From Chrysomallon squamiferum (taxonomy: Eukaryota; Animalia; Mollusca), in contig CM022665.1 in NCBI GenBank assembly GCA_012295275.1, positions 16,678,001-16,742,000 of the forward strand: a DNA stretch of 64,000 bases, read 5' to 3'. Shown here in pieces: positions 53,750-64,000 of the stretch. The notes under the pieces were generated by a model, which had not been told where the DNA came from, made no database searches, and saw only the letters and a program-made list of their open reading frames with translations. How positions within the stretch are numbered: the first letter of the stretch is position 1; every line of letters starts with the position of its first letter. A program made the position numbers and the translations under genes.

Positions 53750-54383
53750 ACACATCTAATTAAAAAAAAAATTATTTATACTAAGAAATAATAATATTAA
53801 TATATGGCCAGTAAATAAGTTTTGATTTCTTAGAACTTGAATAACTGGAGTATTAATAAAATTAAAAAAACTTAAACAAAAACATCAGAATATCATTACT
53901 ACCATTAGAATTTCAATATAAATTTCAATTCAAAATGTTTTAAAATGTTAAATGAGTTTTGATTTTGAATAAAATAATAATAGAAATGAATAATCAATGG
54001 ATAAAATTAAGATTTTTAAATATGTCTAGATTATAATATTAAATGTTTTTATTCTTTTGATTATTACCATTTAGAGAGGTAAGCTGTGTTTGCTCAGTGC
54101 TGTTTGATAAGAAATATTTCATTGTTATAAAGAATCAATGAAAATAAATTTAATTTGATAACAATCTTTTGTGTTAATTGTTGGGAAAAGATGATGACTT
54201 TTTTCTTTTCATACATTTCAGTAATATCCTGAAAAGAAACATTTTTAAATAATAGTAAAAAAAACACAAACAAATATATATATATATAATCGTAATAAAA
54301 GTGTTATATGATTCAAAATATTTATGCAGTTTATCACAGCTGTTTAATTTTTTATGACTTCTCTAAAATAAATTTAAAAAAAA

Positions 54384-54670
54384 CTAAGTTGCTAAGAGTG
54401 ATCTCCCACTCTCTCCTCTTCCATTTGCTTCTGGTGTATCAGGAAGAAAACGCTTCTTGAATTCCTCATCAGAGAGTGATAATGGAGGGGGTGTTTTGTC
54501 CAGGTCATCACAGGATTGGGTGTATGGGGATGTGTTCCTGCTTAGAGGCCGGTCCATGACAGGAGGACTCTCAATAATGCGGACATGGTTTTTCTTCTTT
54601 GGTATGGAGTTTGGAGTGGAAGACCTAAGTATTGATGGTTTCTCAATATTTTTCACTGGACTCTGTAATA

Positions 54671-54719
<49 letters not shown>

Positions 54720-57700
54720 CATGCTCAAAGCTTGTAAATATAATAAAATTGGAAATAAAACTGATATGATGAAAACATTTAATATCCATATGAAAATTAG
54801 ATCAAATTGAAGATAGCTTGCATTTTAAAACTCTCTTTATTAATCGAAAAAACTAAGTGAAAACAAGAAGAATGAAAAAACAAACAACCATCAATACTTC
54901 CCACCTATAACAACATTCAGCTTCCTACATTACGGTACCATGAACCATCGATCACCCACTTAGATAGGCCTTTCAGTGGACAATAGCTGTGAGTGTTTGT
55001 ACATATTTCATCATTAGTTTCAATTACTCAGGAATGGGATTAATAGTTTCTGTCAGTATGTACTTGATTGTGTGAATTTATTTAAAAAAAAAAAATAATA
55101 ATTTATAACTAAAGTCATACTTTGTTAGCCCAAGGCCTTTGATGCCCTGTAAACTGTTGGTATTTTTTTGTTTGTGTGTTTTGTTTTAATAAACTTGTTT
55201 TTCAGCAGTTTTAAAATACACAGTATACTTTGCTTACATTATTTTCACCTAGGTTATATTTGCTTTACAGTACTTTTCTAGAGTAAATATCAGTTCTGTG
55301 AATGTCATTACATCCAGTGAAAATCAGCCAGGTCATTTACATTATAATAAAATGAAACAAAATAAATAAATCTTTTCTTTATAATATATTTAAAATAAAT
55401 AAAATACATAAAAGTTCTTTACACATTAACACTAAAATATTCTTTAAATTATTTAATGCCTTAATAAGAATTATATTCTTCCATGTGCTGTTTATGCTAA
55501 TTGTTAAGGTTTTTGCCATCAGAGGTATTCTTAAGGGCTAATCATAAGGTAGATAATGTAACTTTATTAATTATAAAAAATTATCAAAATGTGTTTTTAG
55601 AGGTTTTTTTACTGTTTAGTGTTAGTTATATTCTCTCATGATTTATTTACCCTAGTTTTACAGTGTTTGTTGTCATTTTAAGGCATTAAATCTGGTTTAT
55701 GTCAAAACTGGGTTACATTATATGTTTTGGAACCAATTAATGGCGTATGGCAGGGTATAACAATATATTATACATAAAATTATATCAATAATAAAGTTTA
55801 ATAAAATAATCATTAATACTGGCTTCCAGGGGTCACAAGTGCTGACATTCTGACCTAGTTATTTGACAAATCTTCAACACATACATTTTAACTTTATTTT
55901 TGTACTTTTGTACCAAAAAAATAAAATAAGGATAAATTCAAAATCCATGACCAGCCCCTAGGGCTTTCAAACTCCTTTATGCCTACTTGAATTAATTATT
56001 TCTATTTGATATGTTATGAATCTATGCTGAAGTAAATATTATAAACACATTTAGACTAATAAAAGAATTAGGTCAAACTAACCCAATTTTCAACCCTTTG
56101 GCATTTTGAAAACCATAAACAGTATTTATGTTTAAATAAACTAATTATTTGTAGTTGATATATTTCAAAGATATGACAGCAGCTTGTACTGCAAATAGTT
56201 AAAATATTTTTTGACATATATGTCTAATAAAGAATTAGATCTGTTTAACCCATTTTCACCCCTTGGGCATTGGTAAGCACAACAACTAATTATTGGAATT
56301 GATGTATTTTAAAGAAATATATTTACACTAATACCTTTTTGATAAATATGAATTTGGTAAAATTTCATCCCCAGGTCATAGCATAACAGTTTTAAAATTT
56401 CTTGATTTTGGGGAAGTCCCCCCCACCACTGTTATCCTTTTAATCAATACACTATGAACACAAAATAAATCAAACAACAAAAATACACTTTTAATATATT
56501 TGTCATGATACAATAAAATATGTTAAATTAAAAAATTAAATAAATAAATAAATTAAAAAATTTAAAAATTTAAAAATAATTAAATAAATAAATAAATAAA
56601 AATTAAAAAAACTATAATTAAAAATAAATTAAGAAGGTTAAACCAATGTAATTTTTTTGCATGAATGTGGTAAAATAATTCATAACATGAAAATAAAAAT
56701 TAAACCAAATGTAATAAATGACAATGACAAGAAGATGAAACTAATATAAGAGTTTTATAATATGACAGTATATAGTATTTCAAAAAACATCATGTTTGGT
56801 AACCGGTATTTTTACATATAAAATATATCCAGATTATTTCAGTTTATTTATCTTATATTTTACTATGTTTTATTTTAAGGCTAAAATAACATCCTTATTT
56901 AATTTATTAAAAATTTACTTTTATTATATTGATATATTCAGTTTAGTTTAGTTTTCTAAATGTTATTCTCTTTTACTGTGTACCAAAATGCTGAAATATA
57001 ACAATATATAAAGTAATTTTCTTTATTTTATATAGATGTTATTTATATTTTTTATTATTATTTTTTTTAATATTTGATTTTGGATCTAACGATTAATATA
57101 CACAAATATTCATTCAGAAAGTAAACACATCCATATGTTGTAATAAACAAAAATATTTATTCTTTCTTTCAAAATTTCTTAGCAGCACTTTTATTTTTCA
57201 AAAAACAATTTTAATTATTAGCCCAAATAACAGATCACTCCTACCAATTAGCTAAAAATTTCATAGAAATAATGTTTAGTGTATCAGTACACAAGAACTG
57301 GCTAGAAGCAGAACAGCATTAGAACACATTAATATGGGTCGATATTGTGACCAATTGTATCCCAGGCAAGCAGCTGTTACAGAATCAGATACATACTTTG
57401 TAAAAAGACAATCCTGTTGACTGGAGATCAGACTGTAGAGATTTCATAGTTTCTTGCAGTCTATAAGACAAATTAAAAAAATTAATAAAAAAATTATAAA
57501 AAATTAAAATCAGTTTTATCAGTTAGTCTTTGATTTTCATTAAATTAAATTATCAAGCTACTGTTTTTTACAGCAGTAAAACCAGTCCTCTACTGTTTCC
57601 ATACTAAAAATACATCTATAAATTTATTCAAAAGAAGAAATATTCCAAAATTAGTAAAAATTGTTAATGTTTATTTCAAGAACAATGGAGATGACCAGAT

Positions 57701-59926
57701 AGCTTTTATGATAATTTATAGCTATTATGACACTGACCGTGAAGTATCTCCCATTAAAAAGAGGGATGATACCAACCATACTTAATTACTCAATTCTTTA
57801 GTATGTGGGTGGAAGTTAGAAAGTTGAAAGATGAAATAAAAACTAGCCCAGTAATAAATGTCAGAGTGAACTTCAATAACTGTGTCAATTAACCAGCTGA
57901 TTAATCTTCAATGAATTTAATCAGATAATCTGTTTAACCTCAGCCTGAAGACAAAATATGAAGTGGTCAGTTAGATCAATGGGAAAAAGGAGCAATCCAA
58001 AAAGGTCACAGCATATCTTAAATTAATGTCTCAATCAGATAATGGAAATTTGTTAAACTTCTGATTACAACTGAGAAGTCTTTTGTAAGAAGAAATAAAT
58101 AAATAATATATATACATATATATATATAGATAAAAAAAATTGTACAGAAAAAAATAAAAATAAAATAAAGGTAAACATAAATTCAGATCCTTTAAGTGAA
58201 AATTTGTTAAACTACTGATGACAGTTGTAAGAAAAAAAAATCATACATTAATTATTTTTTTGGAATAATAATGATGATAAAAAATAAAAATAAAGGATGA
58301 ACACAGATTTTGATCTTTTACATGATCATGAAGGATAAAAAAAATAAATCTTTATTTTTAAAATTCAGTGCTAAACTCGTGGTAACCATTTTTAACAAAA
58401 TAATTATGTAAATAAATAAAATCATTAAAATAATAATTAAAAACTTGTACATTACCTTTTATATCTTTGTTCAATTAAATCTCTTTCCTTTTGAGAATCC
58501 TATAAAAAATATCAAAACTTTACCTTTTACATTAGATATATTATAAAACAAAATGAAACCAATGAAACAAAATATAACAAAGTAAATTGTTATATAAGAA
58601 TTTAAATTGGAAGCAAAATTTACAATTCTTTAAAACAATCCATTAAATAAGAATATTATTTTAGCCAAAAAATTAAATTAAATTAAATTAAAATTAGAAA
58701 ACATATTTTTAAATAAATAAAATGAATCAAATTAAAAATCTACTTTTCTTTATGAATGTTCATAAAATATTAATAGAATTAGAACATAAAACATAACTCT
58801 ACAAAAGATGTACATATTAAAAATCAAATGAAAGTGTAATTTGTTATATGAAAAGACATTAAAATATGAAGTTCAATTGTATGTAAATTCAAAAATTTAA
58901 AGAATTTAATGAATTAAAGAAAAATATATAAGAACAAAATTTCAATAACAGCTGCTTTAAATTTTGAATTACTAATAAATAATAACAAAATTAATAAATA
59001 AATAAAAATAATATAATAACAAAATTCAAATAGCCATCAAATATAAAAAAACAAAAACTAAAAAACAACAACAAACAACTGCAACTAATAAAAATAATAA
59101 AAATAAAAAATAAAAATAATAACATAAAATTAAAAAGTCAAAATCAAAATGAATTATTTTTAAAATATTAATAATATCCTAATCATAAAAACAAAAACAA
59201 TAATAGGTACAACAACAACCCCCCAAAAATAAAAACAACAACAAACAACAACAAAAAATCCCCAACTACAACAAAAAAATAACAACATTTTTTTCCCCCT
59301 TAACCACAACTGTATTTTGAATTGTTTTACTACAATGTTATCAGACAATATCAATCACTCAGCTAGACAAATTATATGTAGCTGGACATACAGAAAGAAG
59401 GATTAGGTGAAAGTATACATATATGTTATTTTATTTATTTATTTTTCAAATAAAACATATTTAGATCTGCTTTTAACAAGCATCATTTTTATCTTTGATC
59501 ATGAATCTGGTCATGAAGTAAAATCAGTGTTAACTACTGCATAGATACATAAATGCTGAACTGAATAATATCTGAAATATATGTTTCGTATGAATGAAAA
59601 CAATCTACAAGTATTTAAAAAAATAAAATAATAAAATAAAATTATTTCTAGTATAAAGTGCATCTTAGAGATTTCTTAAAATTATTTTTAGAAATAAGTT
59701 TTAAAAGATTGTTGTTTTTTCTTAGAAAAATTATTAGAACCATTTTTAGAACAAATAATAATTACGATGGATAAACTGGCAAAATAAATTAAGTTTGTGT
59801 TAAAAAAAAAAAATAAAAAAAAATAACAGAACGATTGCTGTTTATATTCTTTATAAAACTAATACTCTGACAGAATGATACAGAATGTATCACACATATT
59901 CCACAATTTTAATTTATACTTATTTT

Positions 59927-59959
<33 letters not shown>

Positions 59960-60586
59960 GTAATAATAATAATAAAAGTTATTAGTAATAAAAAAAAAAA
60001 AAAAGAATTGTGAAATATCCATTTAAAACCCCCCCAAAACCCCAAACATAATGAAAACTGCAGGACATAACATGACCAACATGTCCACCCATAAACAAAT
60101 TATAACAGTATGAGTGAAAAAACACTTGTAATTCTCCACATACAAGAACATCATGAAATAAGTGACAGGAAATGAAAGGCAATCATGGTGTATAAACAAC
60201 AAATAAAAACAGTGAGATGTCTGTCCATCAAAAAACTGAAAAATAATTATGGATGAAAATACATTTAGAATTCACTGTAGTACACACCACTCAAGAAACT
60301 CATGGTGAAACTGACAGGAAATGAAAAGTAATTAGCATGCTTAAACAACAAATAATCTTTAAGAAAAGTACAGACAGAACACAGACCACACCTACAGGAT
60401 GGAATATATAATAAGTGGAGCCCTGTTGTGTTAACTTGCTAAGATCTTTTTTCATTTTCATTTAATTATTATTAAACATTAAGGTGGATCATAAGCAATT
60501 ATGTATTTTTGAAATTGCCTATCAGCACAGCTGCAGGAAACAGATGGATAGATAGTCAGACAGACACACAGACAGACACACACACA

Positions 60587-60658
<72 letters not shown>

Positions 60659-61113
60659 CACACGAGACATTGATAGAGACAGGGAGATTAAGCCCATAAC
60701 AATATGTCAGGGTAATATTTTTTTTGTTCTTTTAACCTAAGGTAAGTGATATCACCATGACATACATGGAATGTATATTTTATTAGTTCATGACCCCAAA
60801 ACAAAAACTTAAAATTTTCTTTTCAAAACTGGATATTTAAAAAAACAAAACATGAAATGACATTAAAAATGAACATGTATCAGAAACATCTAATTTGGTT
60901 CATTTAATGTTGCCATGACACACAAAATTTGATGAATATATATTATCATTCATTTATTTTTGACATCAAAACACTGTGGGTAAGATGATACGACAACAGC
61001 AAAAAACCTAAATAAAATTAAATTAAAATAATATTAATCAAAACATACGCATTCACTTGTGCACACACACATACACATACATACACACACATGTACAGAT
61101 GAAAATAAAAAAA

Positions 61114-61160
<47 letters not shown>

Positions 61161-61835
61161 TAAAATAAATATAGAGTCCTTGAAGATGCTGTATATAACT
61201 ATAACATAGAACACACATATCATTACCACTGACAGGTGATTAATCAAAATAAAAACAAATGCAACAGAACTGATCAGAAGGGGTATCATCTGTTACAGTC
61301 TTACAATGTAAACAAAACAAAGTTTCTTTAAAAAAAAAAGACACAGTCAGAAAAGAAATATGTCTTTATTATATTAAACTATCTTTTTTTGCCTAGTAGC
61401 TTGTATTTTGAGCATTGCATGTGGTTTAATCATGTGAGTGCGATTGAGTCATCAACTAACCATATCAATTATATGGTTTTAGCTAAATTATATAGTTACT
61501 TTTTATTAGATTATATCCAAATATCTAATAATATAGTATTTATTTTTTTTTGTTTGGAGAGAAAATGTGAGAGAGGGAGAAAAAAAAGACTTTACACACA
61601 TACATATATACACACACACCCTGCAATGGACAAAATTTCTAACAATATCTTTTTCTTATTGACTGCTATGTAGATTAATTATATAATTTTTAAATTTATG
61701 AAATAAGAATAAGCATACCACAACATCCTCCATTTCATCAATGATATGCTGTTTTTCCCTTTCAAATGTGATTTCCTGTTCAAACTGCTTCACTTTCTGT
61801 AGATGTAGTTCATCTGTTAGATCCAAGATATGTTC
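54384..61835 (-). CDS. 3' exons of an unidentified coiled-coil protein with a Ser/Pro-rich tail; 5' part lies beyond the right edge
   Basis: Phase-consistent exons 61719-61835 (EHILDLTDELHLQKVKQFEQEITFEREKQHIIDEMEDVV), 58456-58499 (DSQKERDLIEQRYKR), 57397-57460 (LQETMKSLQSDLQSTGLSFYK) and 54384-54662 (SPVKNIEKP...SLLAT*), all GT-AG. Confidence 0.82.
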
Positions 61836-62882
61836 CTGTAATAATAATAATAATAACAATAATAATAATAATAATAATACAATAATAAATAAGCAGAAAA
61901 GTGGTTAGAAAAAACTTATAAACTTCAGAGAGATAAACATAAAGGACTATTTAATGGAAGGTTAATGATAATTACATTTCAGAAGAAAAAAAAAATGTAC
62001 AGAATTTATTTTGATAAATTTTATTTTTGTTTTAAAATTAATTTTATTTTTAATTCCTTTTCATTATTTATTTATTATCATTACTATATGAACAGTACTA
62101 CCATACAGGATTAATGAAAAGATTAACTGCATAATGTTCATATATTAAATTGTTATTGTACCTCAATAGTCTTTTTACTACTACTGTGTACTTCTTTTCT
62201 AAGCCTCTATGGAGTGATAGCTCTTAACTGAGGTGAAACTGACTTGATTAATAAAGGTCATAAGTTTTTGTGACATAATAAATAAATCTGTTTCAAAGGC
62301 ACTGGTTCACTGTGTAATAAAGGCATCAAGAATATGTTATAAGTATGTATGCAATGTATCAAAAAAATGTACAGTTTTCTTTTATCTTAATTCAGAAAGA
62401 ACATTGCTCGAAGCACATACTAACAGGGAAAGCAGATGTCATGTTAATATATGTTTCAGTGGTATTTTTTAAATACCTTTATTAAAAAGACTTAGACACT
62501 GAAAAACATGAGCAGTTTTTAACTCATCTGAGGTATGGTGGCTCTGAGGATCAATTCCAGTTTATCTCTACAACTGATATATTAAAGGCTCAGGAAAGTA
62601 TTCAATTTATGAAAGATTCCCTTCTATTATTTTAAAATGTCTAGTCCAGTGAGTGTCAGAAAGACAGTTTGTTTTCTTTCATAGCAATACAAAAACTATA
62701 TATGTTCAAAAGTTTTCAATATACGTAATACTTTATATACTGCTGAATAATAATGGAATAATAAAATTTTCAATTACTTTTACACTTTTCTTTAAAAAAA
62801 CCCATAAATAAATAAAAAATTAAATTAAAAAATTGGTGATAAGAAACCAGGCAATTAGGCATTTTTTAAAAATTATTTCCCA

Positions 62883-63177
62883 TTATAATGGTGCCCTCCC
62901 AATTAGCCAAAAACCCAACCAAATCAATCTATTACAACAACATTGGGTTTTGGCTAGGTGGGAGTTGGGTGGTATGGGATTAACTTCAGTCCGTCTATTG
63001 TATTCGCATTATAGTCTGTATCAATACCTCTGGACATCAGCATTGTCCCTAAAAGGGATGGCTAGTTTGCATGATTCTCGTGATTATCGGATAATACACT
63101 GGGTGTAACGAGAAAAACACCTGAAAACACCTTTATTTCAACCTAGTTTTAGGCTAGGTGGGAGTGAACCATTATAA
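62883..63177. mobile_element. MITE-like element (~295 bp) with terminal inverted repeats
   Basis: Left end TTATAATGGTGCCCTCCCAATTAGCCAAAAA versus reverse complement of the right end TTATAATGGTTCACTCCCACCTAGCCTAAAA. An additional internal inverted copy lies at 62943-62964. Confidence 0.65.
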
Positions 63178-64000
63178 CATGTATACCTTATAGATCTTTT
63201 GATAAGCAAGGAATGGAGATGGATTTCCTGATTTATAAGGATTTGGGAGAGCAGACCAGCACTGAGTTTGAACATACTCTTTACTGGCAAATGGTTTACT
63301 CATTTGATAATTGATTAATTAGTCATCAGTTGATTACTCATCATTATAAATAATATTAATCAATCCTTCAATTAAAACTGTATATTGTATTTATCAAGCA
63401 TTAATTAGGACTAACTGAATAAAAATATTAAATATTTCCATGACAAAAAAAAAAAAAAAAAAAAATTAAAATGAAGGAATTTTGTTGAGTAAAACTATGT
63501 TTAAAAAGAAAAATAAAGTGTCTTGGATATTTTGACTAATGCTATACAGACACATATACATGCTCATGCACACATGCACTCAAACACTGAAACAAATTAC
63601 AAATTTGAATAAAATTTCTGTATACTGTAAAAATGCAGGATCAATAACATTAATGCCGTTATAACATCTAATATTTAACCTTTATAAAATGATTTCCTTA
63701 TAGAATATGTATATATATAAAATAAAATAAAAACATAAAAAAAATGGTTAAAGGGAAAGGAAACTATTTTTGAAAAGTAGATGACAAACATGGTCCTGAC
63801 CTATTTGTTTACAGATCTAAACTAACAGATAATCAATCACGCAGTGACAAGAAAAGTAAATAAATAATTTTTTAACCTCAAGTGCTTCCACTGCATTCAT
63901 GTTCTCAATGTCCCGGAATGCTAGCTCTGGAATTAAAAATTCAGTAAATTTTAAAAGTATTCCAGCAGTCTATAATTACAACAATAACAATGTTAAAAAC

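Noticed and set aside
55800-56400. Diverged direct repeats suggestive of a non-autonomous rolling-circle element
   Set aside because: Ends and family cannot be defined from the sequence alone.

Overview
AT-rich, microsatellite-dense animal genomic DNA with short GT-AG introns. It is probably a mollusc, possibly a gastropod (inference from gene content and repeat style). Splicing the sequence by hand gives six protein-coding genes. (1) The 5' part of a cation-independent mannose-6-phosphate/IGF2 receptor (IGF2R; minus strand, 18 exons, running off the left edge). (2) A divergent type-B carboxylesterase with an intact triad and a probable GPI-anchor signal (plus strand). (3) A 73-aa secreted, transmembrane-less, single-EGF-domain ErbB-ligand-like gene that is absent from the ORF track (minus strand, 21134-22606). 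(4) A complete 8-exon FAAP100 orthologue (minus strand). (5) An orphan 137-aa secreted protein with 8 Cys (plus strand). (6) The last four exons of an unidentified coiled-coil protein (minus strand). The most striking structure is that the TATA-like promoter and signal-peptide exon of the EGF-like gene lie inside the spacer of a ~190-bp long inverted repeat, directly behind the predicted FAAP100 poly(A) signal. Several MITE-like elements and minisatellites are also present. All alignments were made by eye against remembered sequences; no database searches were run.
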